Assembly: GCF_009914755.1 (NCBI RefSeq)
Contig: NC_060929.1
Direction: 5' to 3' (one strand)
From: the human T2T-CHM13v2.0 reference genome, Homo sapiens
DNA: 64,000 nt
The notes beneath the pieces were generated by a model. That model saw only the letters and a program-made list of their open reading frames with translations, was not told the DNA's origin and ran no database searches. Shown piece after piece: positions 49,709 through 64,000 of this stretch (position 1 is its first letter; each line of letters starts with the position of its first letter). The translations under genes and the position numbers were made by a program.

Positions 49709-50288
49709 TATAGAGATGGTACTGACTCAGTACAAGTGTTAAAGTGGCCTGAAGTAGGATGCTTTTGACATTGCTCAATGCTTTTGACTGCTTCCTTGTC
49801 TATTCTGAATCATTTTTTATCTGTCCTCTAGTTTTAAAAGTCACTATGACCTTGTCATTTAGTGAGAGGAGCCATCCTTAACTATGATTATAAACTTAAA
49901 TAATTATGCTGATCAGAATTTCCACACTTCACTCCTTCCTATGCCTCATTTCAGTTGCACGTATTTACTTTTACCAAAAGTAAAATTTATTGCCTCTACT
50001 TGAATTTCTTCCTAATGACCTACACGCAGCCTCCCTCACAATTCCCAGAGCCCTCAGGCCAAGTGTAGACTTTGCCTTATTTTTTTTCCATATGCTCTTT
50101 TTTTCCCATATGCTCTTTTTTTAGCGTCTATCAATATTTACCAATAATATCTGCACATTAGCAATATTTAAAAGGACAAGTAGTCTCTTCTTACAGCTAA
50201 TGAAACATTAGTGTGTCCTTTCTTATTACCTATAAAACTATTGGCTTTTGCCTTTTTTTCATTGCTAGAAGGGATGATCAGTTTAGTG

Positions 50289-51548
50289 CAGTGATCTTCA
50301 AATTATATTCAGGGGTGCCTCAGGGTCCTTCTTAGAAGAAAATGGATGAAGTGGGGCACCAAACAGAAGGAGAGTTCCAGGCCCAATTCATCCAGCCCAC
50401 TATCACTTTTTGTTTTCAACTTTTTATTTTCAAATAATTTTAAACTTACAGAAGAGTTTCAGGCATCGTATAAAGAACTCCTGTTTGTGTTTGACCCACA
50501 TTGTTAACATTTTGCCACAATTGCTGTATCATTCTTTCTTGCCCTTCCCCTTCCCCCTCTCTTCTCTATGTATAACTTTTTTCTCTAAATTGTTTGAAAG
50601 TAAATTGCAGATACCATGTTTCATTACCTGTAAGCAGTTCTGTGTGACTTTCCCAAGAAAAAAGATATTCACTTACAGGGTCAAACTACAATAATCAAAA
50701 TCAGGAAATTTAATATTGACATAATGCTATTATCTAATGTAATATGTAGAACTTATTTGAATTTTTCCAATTGTCCCCAAAATGTGCTGTATGGCAATTT
50801 TTGTTTTTCTGGTCCAGAATCATCCTTTCATTGTCTTTCACAACATTGACCTTTGTAAATAGTACATGCAATTTCCTTTGTAAAAATCCCCCAATTTGGG
50901 CTTGTCTAATTTTTTTTATAATTAGATTTAGGTTACATATTTTGGACAGCAATATTATATAAATGATGTTGTGTTCTTCTCAGTGAATCACATCAGGAAG
51001 TACATGATATTGGTTTGTCCAATTATTGGCAATGTTAATTCTGATTACTTAAGTTGTTAAGGTGGTATCTACCTGGTTACTCCACTATAAAGTTCTTTGT
51101 AATTAAAACCTATTTTATGCTTTGTAAGTAAAAAGTAACTTACGGGTAGATGCTTTTTAAGATCTTGTAAATATGCTGGTCCTCATCAGATTCTCATTCA
51201 CTGGTTTAGCATCCACTGATAATTTGTTTAATTGCTATAGTGGTTGCAAAATGGTGATTTTCTAATATTATCATTCCTCCTACATTTATCAGTTAGTATC
51301 CTACTCCCTTGTTTGTTTAAGTGTGAACTCATGATTTTTTTATTTTTATTTAATGGGTTGAAATCATTATTCTCATTATTTTGAAACTCAAATTGTCTGA
51401 GTTTGGCCAGTGAGAAGCCCTTTGATCTATCAGACTTCCATGGTTTTCTGACATGTCCCATCATAATTGGAGCTGTATTATCACTTTATTTGTTTTCTGA
51501 TTTATTTCCAAGCAATGCTTTTAAAAGTTTAAAATAGATTGTTCCACT
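50289..51548. mobile_element. MER102-like hAT element split by the L1M insertion
   Basis: Left part starts 'cagtgatcttcaaa...aggggtgcctcaggg'; right part 'cactttatttgttttctgatt...aaaagtttaaaa'. Confidence 0.45.
50410..51478 (-). mobile_element. L1MC-like 3' fragment
   Basis: 'tttttattttcaaataattttaaacttacagaagagtt...ttgttaacattttgccaca...aatcaggaaatttaatattga'; flanked by tatcacttt (50401-50409 / 51479-51487). Confidence 0.85.
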
Positions 51549-51659
51549 ATAACACTTTTTCCCCAATTTGCCTCATTTCAAGTTTGTATAAATAGTACCT
51601 AGAAAATAGAGAAGACAATAAATGATAGTAGCCCCTTTGCTTCTGTGGCCACTTGGTCA

Positions 51660-51830
51660 CCACACTGTTCCTGCAAACTACTGGGTATGCTCCTGCAGTA
51701 GGGCTTGGCACCCACCATACCCTCTGCCTGGAATGCCCCTCCTGATGCCCCATCAGGGCTCGCTCCCCCATTTCCTTCAAGTCATAGTTCTATCATCCTC
51801 TTCTCAGGTAGGCCTTCTTTGACTACTTTA
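51660..51830 (+). mobile_element. L2 fragment
   Basis: 'ccctctgcctggaatgcccctcc...ttccttcaagtc...aggccttctttgact'. Confidence 0.65.
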
Positions 51831-53264
51831 TTGTAGTAAAACTCCTTTGATGATAACCCCTTCATTTCCAAGGTTTCATCCCAAAGCAAGACAATTGGTT
51901 TAACCCATCAATGGTTAAGTCACAAACATGGCATTAACCTTTGTTGGATTATTTTACCATAGTGGATTGACAAACTCCATAAAGTGCCTACTGGTACACA
52001 CACAGTCCTTCTGGGTCATGAAAACAAAGTAGATGTTACCCACCCTACTGCTTCTGTCTTCTTTATTCAATACTATTCCCCATAACACATCCACTTCTGT
52101 ATCACTTTATTATAGAATTAATCTAATGTTTAAAGCTGTTTGTATCAATAAATATGAAATCAAATAAAAGCATCAACAAACAAGGATCAAGTAGAACTAT
52201 TTGTCTTTTCCTACAGAACATTCTCTAAAAGAAAATCTGTTTAAATTGTAACACTCACCATTTGCTTTTCCCAAGTGTTTTAAAAAACAAACAGAAAACC
52301 CTCAACAAACAATCACAGATAATAATCAACATCAAAGAGATACCCACAGGCTTTACAAATAGTCAAGTGCTTTCACTTAGTCATTCAACACAGAAACTCA
52401 CTTTTCCCTGAGAACATTCCCTCAACATACAATTCAAAGTGACTGCATTTCACCAATTAGAATTAAAGGTATCCCCACCAAAATGCATAGCAAGTTCCAT
52501 GACTTACTGAGTTTACCCAAAGCAAACTCAGTAAGCTATTACCATGTATTGCCAGTTTCTTAGGTCTTCTTAAGTTTCTCAAATGACTTACCTAGTCTTT
52601 TTCTAAAACCACTAACATATTTCAGACATTCAAAAGTATATTATTTCCAACTGCTGTATTGAGGGCACTAGGATGGCTGACTTTTCCCATCAATGTCTGT
52701 TTTTCATTAAATTACTTAACAGAAATCTTTTAGGTTTTTGAGATGCTTCTGTACTATAAAGCCAATACATTTGTCAACATGGTAAATAAGTTCACAAATG
52801 TGAACATTTGTTCACAAGCCACAAAATTATGAGGCACCTCATTATATAAAATAATGGAACAAATTCTACCAACACGTAATATATTCCCAAGGGTAAAGGA
52901 TGAACATTAATTATAATTTAAATCACCTGACTACCTGGTCCACTTAGTGAAATCCTGGAGAGGTTTACACTCAAGGACCTAATGATACAACCTACAGCCC
53001 TAATTTACCTTCCAAGATGCCTATATTAGACACAGTAATACCTAGCTGATTTTAAGTGAAACTCATTATCTCCAAAAAAAAAAAAAAATTAAATACCATG
53101 TAAATTCACTGACCATTTGTTTTTTCATTATAATGTTAGCTATTCTTGGTATTCAATTGTTTAAGATAAAAAACATACCACAGTATTTAGTCCTCTAACA
53201 TACAAAGAAAAACTATATTCATCATACATGATAAAATATAACTTCTTGTTCTTGAGGTCTAGAA

Positions 53265-53593
53265 TTGCACTGTCCAAAATAGTAGTCAATAGCTACACAT
53301 AGCTATTGAGCACTTGCAATGTGTCAAGTCCAAATTGAGATAAGCCGTAAATGTAAGATACACACCGGATTTCAAAGATTTAGCATGAAAAAAATGTAAA
53401 ATATCTCACTAATAATTTTATGTTGATTACATGTTGAAACAATATTTCGATATATTGGGTTAAAGTATATTATAAAAATTAATTTCACTTGCTTCCTTTT
53501 AGGTTTTTTAATGTGGCTACTAGAAATTTTTAAATTATGTATGTGGCTCACATTTGATGTTTGCATTTATCTTATTTCTATTGAAGAGGGCTG
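53265..53593. mobile_element. MER33 hAT-Charlie MITE
   Basis: 'gcactgtccaaaatagtagtcaatagctacacatagctattgagcacttgcaatgtg...gtggctcacatt...tttctattgaagagggctg'; TSD-like gtctagaa / gtctggac. Confidence 0.88.
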
Positions 53594-53904
53594 GTCTGGA
53601 CTAAAAGCAGGCAAAAGTCACAGTTATAAGGCCAGTTCCATAGTGTGTTATAAATATACTGCCACCACACAACTCTCTCATTTTCTGAGATTGTTAGCAG
53701 ATCATCAAACCTCAAAAGCAGCAGAGGACTAAGCCTAGGTGAATTCAGTTTGTGATGAATAAAATTATAAATTTTACACATATTAAGATTCTATCATGAT
53801 GTTTAATTAGGCAACACAGTAACCACCTGCTGTAACTATCTTACAAGCAACTATCACGTTATTAACATAGCCAAAGTTTATATATTTTATTGTTTTATTA
53901 TCTC

Positions 53905-54775
53905 ATTTCTATAAACACTATACCAAATATTCCTTCAAAACAGCTTATTATCTACTGAATACCTTTATTTAGATATCATGGGCATTTCAAATTCATTATG
54001 TCCAAAATGGAAAGCATTCTCTTACTGTTGAAAGGTAATTGTCCATGGTGTTTTTATTTGTCTCTGAGTAAAGACAGGATATGCTTCTGGGTTAGAGGGT
54101 ACATTTGTTTCCTGACCAGCATAACAAAGATAATGTCAACCTCCAGGACAATGATTTTGGGCAAGTTTGCAAGTAGCCTCTTATAAGATTGGGAGGACAC
54201 AGGTCCACCGTGTACACAGCATCTGTCTGGGCCTCACTCTGTATCATGGGATTTGGGGAATTCATAGATGCATGAAGATCATGCTGCCTACTTTGCTTTG
54301 AGTAATAAACTGTCTAAATCTATCTAGGCTCATTGTCTCCTTTTCAACGGAATCTACAGAAGTGTGGTGAGCCAGCCCAGCAGCTGACTGCTGCTTGAAA
54401 CTGCTTGATATTTACTTTCCCTTTTACTTTCTCAATCTTCGTACAAGCATCACTATATACCCACTGCCCAAGTCACAAACCTGACCATCAATCTTGACTC
54501 CTGCCTCTCATTCACCAGGCCCACCATATCCAGTCAACTGCCAAGTCCTAGTCATTCTATCTGCTTAATTTCTCTCAAACTATCTATTTATCTCCATCCC
54601 CACTACTTTAACCCTAGTTCAGGTCATTATCCTCTCTTACGTAGATGCTTAATTTGTGCCACTAAACCAGTGTTACCCCACTTCACTCTATTCTCCATAC
54701 TGCAGCTGGAATGATCTGATTTGTCATTTCTTTGACAGGATAAAGTCCAAGCTTCTTAGGATGACAAAGTATTTC
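53905..54775 (+). mobile_element. L2 fragment interrupted by an LTR
   Basis: 'gggcatttcaaattcattatgtccaaaa' resumes after the LTR as 'cccaagtcacaaacctg...tcttgactcctgcctctc...ccagtcaactgccaagtcct'. Confidence 0.75.
54026..54410 (+). mobile_element. Solo LTR, ERVL-type (family not assigned)
   Basis: Begins tgttgaaagg, AATAAA near 54304, ends ctgcttgata (decayed CA); 5-bp TSD-like cttac / tttac; interrupts L2. Confidence 0.7.
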
Positions 54776-55007
54776 AAAGCCAGGACTTACATAGAATGTT
54801 TCTTGAAATTCCATTTGCGACTGTTTCACCTGAGGGGGAAAGGAGGTGGAAGAGGAGAAAACAAGAGATTAGTCCCACTTCTAACATAAAAGACTTGGGA
54901 GAAAAAGGATAAGCTGGGTGCTATGGCCTAGAAGGAGCACTCTAAGAGAGCTGAACCTTAGTGGAACTGCCAGAGTTCCTTTCTTCCTTATTCATAAAAA
55001 GATTTGA

Positions 55008-55151
55008 TGGTTATTATGTAAGGTGATGAATATGTAAACTACCTCAATTGTAATAATCATTCCACAATGTAAACATATATCAAAGCATCATGTTGTATAC
55101 CTTAAATATATACAATTTTTATTTGTCAATTATACCTCAGTAAAGCAGGGA
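55008..55151 (+). mobile_element. Short 5'-truncated L1M (L1MA/MB-like) 3' end
   Basis: 'aggtgatgaatatgtaaactacc...tatacaatttttatttgtcaattatacctcagtaaagc'; perfect 12-bp TSD aaaaagatttga (54996-55007 / 55152-55163). Confidence 0.88.
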
Positions 55152-55390
55152 AAAAAGATTTGAATCTGACTAAACTCAATGACTTCCTCTGTTAGAACTG
55201 GTAACCAAAAATTGACCTAACATAGCCAAGAAGGACCATTATTACTTTACTCACTGCCAGCCACATTTATTCTGATGAAGAGAATGTGCCATCTGTAAGC
55301 AATATTACTTTCTTGTTATTAGATTTTTGAATGGACAATTAGTGCCACATCTTTTCCTTTTAGTTCATGGCACCCAATAAAAAGGCTTTT

Positions 55391-55681
55391 TTCTTTTTTT
55401 TGAGACGGAGTCTCGCTGTCACCCAGGCTGGAGTGGAGTGGCGCGATCTCGGCTCACTGCAGGCTCCGCCCCCCGGGGTTCACGCCATTCTCCTGCCTCA
55501 GCCTCCCAAGTAGCTGGGACTACAGGTGCCCGCTACCTCGCCCGGCTAATTTTTTGTATTTTTAGTAGAGACGGGGTTTCACTGTGTTAGCCAGGATGGT
55601 CTCGATCTCCTGACCTCGTGATCCACCCGCCTCGGCCTCCCAAAGTGCTGGGATTACAGGCGTGAGCCACTGCGCCCGGCC
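55391..55681 (-). mobile_element. AluY
   Basis: Y-type features (gttcacgccattctcc, ttagccaggatggtctcgatctcctgacctcgtgatcc); many CpGs intact; TSD aaggctttt. Confidence 0.95.
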
Positions 55682-55849
55682 AAGGCTTTTCTTTTAAAAT
55701 GTCTGATGTTAAAAAATGCTCAAATCAGTTGAATCATGTAGATGGAATGGGGAAAGTTCAGACCAAGCCTCCATCCTCATCTCTCATCCATGATGTTTTC
55801 TCTGCCTTGAACAGATTTTCTTGGCTTTTTGTCTGATTAAGCCCCTCTT

Positions 55850-56110
55850 CATTACTTAGCTTAAATTTTATCTCCTCCAGGAAGGCTCCTCTGACTCTCA
55901 AAGTAGCATTGGATGTCTTTCCTATGAATTCTCTTAGCATTTAATACTTGCTCATCATGTTTCAGCATTTAGTACACAGTATTTAAATGATATATTTGCT
56001 TATCTCCCCAACTAGACAGTAACCTCCTTGAAGACAATGTGTCTAACTCATTATTTTATCCCCAGTGGTAGCATCATGCCTAGCACATAATAGACACCCA
56101 ATCAGTAATT
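55850..56110 (+). mobile_element. L2 3' end remnant
   Basis: 'tctcctccaggaaggctcctctgact...tctccccaactagacagtaacctccttgaagaca...tgcctagcacataatagacaccc'. Confidence 0.75.
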
Positions 56111-56255
56111 ATTCATTATAAACAGATAAATAATCAGATAAGTCTTTGGAAAGTAAAAAAGGGAATTACAATCTTTTTAAAAAGGAGGAGAAGGAAAGTT
56201 TAGGCTGTGGAGTTTTTCTTATCTCCACCCACATTCTCTCTCTCCCTCAATCCTC

Positions 56256-56273
56256 TTTCTCTCGCTCGCTCTC

Positions 56274-56324
<51 letters not shown>
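56256..56324 (+). repeat. (CT)n(CA)n compound microsatellite
   Basis: ctctctct...cacacaca. Confidence 0.9.
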
Positions 56325-56811
56325 GAGAAAGTTAATTTTATGTATCAACTTGACTGGGCCATGGGGTGCCCAGAAACTTGATTAAACATTGTTACTGGGT
56401 ATGTCTCCAAGGATATTTCTAGATGAGATTAACTTTTGAATCAGTAGACTGAGTAAAGCAGATTGGTCTCTCCAATGTGGATGGGCGTTGAGCAACCCAT
56501 TGAAGGCCTGAATAGAATTAAAGACTGAGTAAGAAGGAATTCTTTCTCTCTACTTGTCTTCAAACTAGGACACTGGTTTCTCCCGCCTTCAGACTTGTAC
56601 AAGACTGGAACTTACACTATTGGCTCTCTTGGTTCTCAGACCTTCAGACTCCAGCTGGAACTATACCACGAGCTCTCCCTAGTCTGGGTTTCTCAGACTC
56701 CACAATCAAGTAAGCCAGTTTTTTATAGTAAATCTCTCACTCACTCACTCACTCTGTTTCTGAAGATATCTACATCTTATTGGTTCTGTTTTTCTGAAGC
56801 ACTTTAATACA
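56325..56811 (+). mobile_element. MLT2 (ERVL) solo LTR
   Basis: 'gttaattttatgtatcaacttgactgggccatggggtgcccaga...tcagtagactgagtaaagcagattg...tattggttctgtttttctg...taataca'. Confidence 0.9.
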
Positions 56812-57944
56812 CACACTGACATGCCATGTCACTGATGTTTTCCCTAATTTCAACAGCCTTCCTAGTCCTAGGTTTGCAGTTTCAGCACTACCAGCTTTCA
56901 TGAGGAAAAATAAATGCATTTTTTCAAATATATTCTTTTTATCTCATCTAAGCCTCCAAACATTTCTTACAACTGGAAAGGCCTGTATACAGCAACAATG
57001 TAGATCATCTTACTTTACTCCTTTACTCCAAAAACCCAATAGGAAAATGTGTCTTAAACTTCCAAAATACAAATACTAGACCATTTATTAACTATATGCT
57101 GCTAATATTCACCTTCTTACATTTTTACTAAACCTAATATTTCTTCACCTTTGAAAACTTTAGAGATAACATAAAGTATTGTGATTATAGAAATTAATCA
57201 TCTTTTTCATGTAAGGCAGAGTTGAATGTAATCTCTACATAAATCAAGTTTGTTTCCAGGCCAGAAGAACGAAGATGGTGAAGATAGGATGACAGCTAAA
57301 CTGGACAACTTGTTCATTAACTTTTTAGCATCAAAGACCTTTATCTTTGCCCATTATCCTTTCCAAAGACCTGAGGTACTTCTGGCCTCTGGTTCTGAAT
57401 TTTGGAAAGAGAAGCTTAGAATGCTGCTAAGCTTTCTTCCAATACCTTACCTAGAGTGATCAACATAGCACCTCAAAAAAGTCAAAGAAGAGAGACCTTC
57501 AAGTCAACTGATGTACCATGGCAGGTTTCAAGAATGTCTGTGATCCCAACAGTGCAAACAGCTGAGGGAAATTCTGGTGGCCTGGAGGTCATTAGTCGGT
57601 TGCCCCCAGTTTAAATTGTCAGAGTTTTCTTTGGCCACTATCTGAAATGAAATGATTTCAGAAAGATCAAGGTAGCTCAACTTTATAACCAAGTTCTTTT
57701 AGATATGGAAAACAAAGTTCTTAAACTTGTAGAGCATTCTACTTCAGAGTAAGAATAAGTATAACATCACTGTGGAGATAAATCCATGTTCTAGGAATGA
57801 CTCTGCAACTTTAAAGCTTCCTGAGCCTTGGCTTCCTCTTTGTCATAAAAATTAGTTAAAAAACAATCCAATGTGCCTGTAACATTATATACCATGTGTA
57901 GATGCTCAACAGAAGGCAGTCATAATTTTGTAAGATTCTCCCTA

Positions 57945-58159
57945 AGAAGTTAGCAAAGTACAGCCTGCAGGGCAAACTACTCAATGCCTGTTTTTGTAAA
58001 TAAAGTTTCATTGGAATACAGCACACTTATGACTACTTCTGTGGTACAATGACAGAGCTGAGTAGGAGAAAGAGTAATGACAGTTATAACAGAGACTGCA
58101 TGACCCACAAAACCTAAAATATTTACTCTCTGGCCCTTTATAGAAAATGCTTGCTAGCT
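57945..58159 (+). mobile_element. MER58A hAT-Charlie MITE, interrupted near its end by the L1PA
   Basis: 'gcctgtttttgtaaataaagtttcattggaatacagc...cccacaaaacctaaaatatttactctctggccctttatagaaaa'. Confidence 0.85.
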
Positions 58160-59170
58160 GGGGGTTCCAAGATGGCCAAATAGGAACAGCTCCAGTCTAC
58201 AGCTCCCAGCGTGAGCAACACAAAAGATGGGTGACTTCTGCATTTCCAACTGAGGTGCCAGGTTCATCTCACTGGGGCTTGTCGGACAGTGGGTGCAGCC
58301 CACAGAGTGTGAGCTGAAGCAGGGCGGGGCATCACCTCACCCAGGAAGCGCAAGGGGTTGGGCAATTCCCTTTCCTAGCCAAGGGAAGCCATGACAGACG
58401 GTACCTGGAAAATCGGGACACCCTCACCCTAATACTGTGCTTTTCCAATGGTCTTAGCAAATGGCACACCAGGAGATTATATCCTGCACCTGGCTCGGAG
58501 GGTCCCACGCCCATGGAGCCTTGCTGACTGCTAGCACAGCAGTCTGAGATCAAACTGCAAGGCAGCAGTGAGGCTGGGGGAGGGGCACCCGACATTGCTG
58601 AGGCTTGAGTAGGTAAACAAAGTGGCTGGGAAGCTCAAACTGGGTGGAGCCCACCACAGCTCAAGGAGGCCTGCCTGCCTATGTAGACTCCACCTCTGGG
58701 GGTAGGGCATAGCTGAATAAAAGGCAGCAGAAACTTGTGTACACTTAAACGTCCCTGTCTGACAGATTTGAAGAGAGCAGTGCTTCTCCCAGCACAGAGT
58801 TTGAGATCTGAGAATGGACAGACTGCCTCCTGAAGTGGGTCCCTGACCCCTGAGTAGCCTAACTGGGAGACACCTCCCAGTAGGGGCCGACTGACACCTC
58901 ATACAGCCAGATGCCCCTCTGAGACAAAGCTTCCAGAGGAAGGATCAGGCAGCAACATTTGCCGTTTTGCAATATTTGCTGCTCTGCAGCCTCTGCTGGT
59001 GATACCCAGGCAAACAGGGTCTGGAGTGGACCTCCAGCAAACTCCAACAGACCTGCAGCTGAGGGTCCTCACTGTTAGAAGGAAAACTAACAAACAGAAA
59101 GGACGTCCACACCAAAACCCCATCTGTACATCACCATCATCAAAGACCAAAGGTAGATAAAACCACAAAG
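58160..59170 (+). promoter_or_regulatory. L1 5'UTR internal promoter region (sense and antisense)
   Basis: YY1 motif caagatggcc at 58168-58177; complete ~1 kb 5'UTR, though with many CpGs decayed. Confidence 0.7.
58332..58595 (-). CDS. Uninterrupted L1 ORF0 homologue (87 aa); expression unknown
   Basis: True ATG at 58595; MSGAPPPASLLPCSLISDCCASSQQGSMGVGPSEPG matches the L1 ORF0 N-terminus as recalled (MAGAPPPASLPPCSLISDCCASNQRDSVGVGPSEPG). Confidence 0.6.
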   Translation of the reverse strand: MSGAPPPASLLPCSLISDCCASSQQGSMGVGPSEPGAGYNLLVCHLLRPLEKHSIRVRVSRFSRYRLSWLPLARKGNCPTPCASWVR

Positions 59171-60197
59171 ATGAGGAGAAACCAGAGCAGAAAAGCTGAA
59201 AATTCTAAAAATCAGAGTGCCTCTTCTCTTCCAAAGGAATGCAGCTCCTCACCAGCAATGGAACAAAGCTGCATGGAGAATGACTTTGACGAGTTGAGAG
59301 AAGAAGGCTTCAGATGATCAGTAATCACAAACTTCTCTGAGCTAAAGTATGATGTTTGAACCCATCACAAAGAAGCTAAAAACCTTGAAAAACGATTAGA
59401 CAAATGGCTAACTAGAATAAACAGCATAGAGAAGACCCTAAATGACCTGATGGAGCTGAAAACCATGGCGCGAGAATTACGGGACGCATGTACAAGCTTC
59501 TGTAGCCGATTCGTTCAAGTGGAAGAAAGGGTATCAGTGATTGAAGATTAAATGAATGAAATGAAGTGAGAAGAGAAGTTTAGAGAAAAAAAGAGTAAAA
59601 AGAAAAGAACAAAGCCTCCAAGAAATATGGGACTATATGAAAAGACCAAATCTACATCTGACTGGTATACCTTAAAGTGATGAGGGGAATGGAACCAAGT
59701 TGGAAAACATGCTTCAGGATATTATCCAGGAGAACTTCCCCAATCTAGAAAGACAGGCCAATATTCAAATTCAGGAAATACAAAGAACACCACAAAGATA
59801 TTCCTCGAGAAGAGCAACTCCAAGACACATAATTGTCAGATTCACCAAAGTTGAAATGAAGGAAAAAATATTAAGGGCAACCAGAAAGAAAGGTTGGGTT
59901 ACCCACAAAGGCAAGCCCATCAGACTAACAGCAGATCTCTTGGCAGAAACTCTACAAGCCAGAAGAGAGTGGGGGCCAATATTCAACATTCTTAAGGGAA
60001 ACAATTTTCAACCCAGAAGTTCATATCCAGCCAAACTAAGTTTCATAAGTGAAGGAGAAATAAAATCCTTTACAGACAAGCAAATGCTGAGAGATTTTGT
60101 CACCACCAGGCCTGCCCTAAAAGAGCTCCTGAAGGAAGCACTAAACATGGAAAGGCACAACCGGTACCAGCCACTGCAAAAACATGACAAATTGTAA
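59171..60197 (+). pseudogene. Disrupted L1 ORF1
   Basis: ATG 59171 (MRRNQSRKAENSKNQS) hits TGA at 59315-59317; C-terminal part (QENFPNL, PRHIIVRF, YPAKLSF) is open to 60197. Confidence 0.93.
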
Positions 60198-60260
60198 AGA
60201 CCATCAATGCTAGGAAGAAACTGCATCAACTAGTGAGCAAAATAACCAGCTAACATCATA

Positions 60261-64000
<3,740 letters not shown>

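Overview
Primate (most likely human/hominoid) AT-rich non-coding genomic DNA, intergenic or deep intronic. I find no recognisable cellular protein-coding exon, RNA gene or CpG island. All long ORFs belong to two decayed LINE-1 elements placed head-to-head at the window ends: a near full-length L1PB-type copy on the minus strand (5089-11612, with target-site duplication, TSD) and an L1PA4-6-type copy on the plus strand (58160 to beyond 64000). The plus-strand copy has dead ORF1/ORF2 but an uninterrupted antisense ORF0 homologue. Between them lie Alus of several ages (FAM, FLAM, AluJ, AluS, AluY), solo LTRs (THE1, MLT1, MLT2, ERV1- and ERVL-type), DNA-transposon fossils (MER1, MER33, MER58, Tigger3, MER102-like), MIR/L2 remnants and microsatellites. 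Also present are a 3'UTR-only processed retrocopy of gamma-actin (ACTG1) nested in an old LTR, an 82-bp near-perfect duplicate sitting inside a microsatellite 594 bp from its other copy, and several repeat-poor, motif-rich blocks that may be enhancers or non-coding exons. Repeat subfamily names come from recalled consensus sequences, not from a search. I see no convincing evidence of a wholly new biological system.
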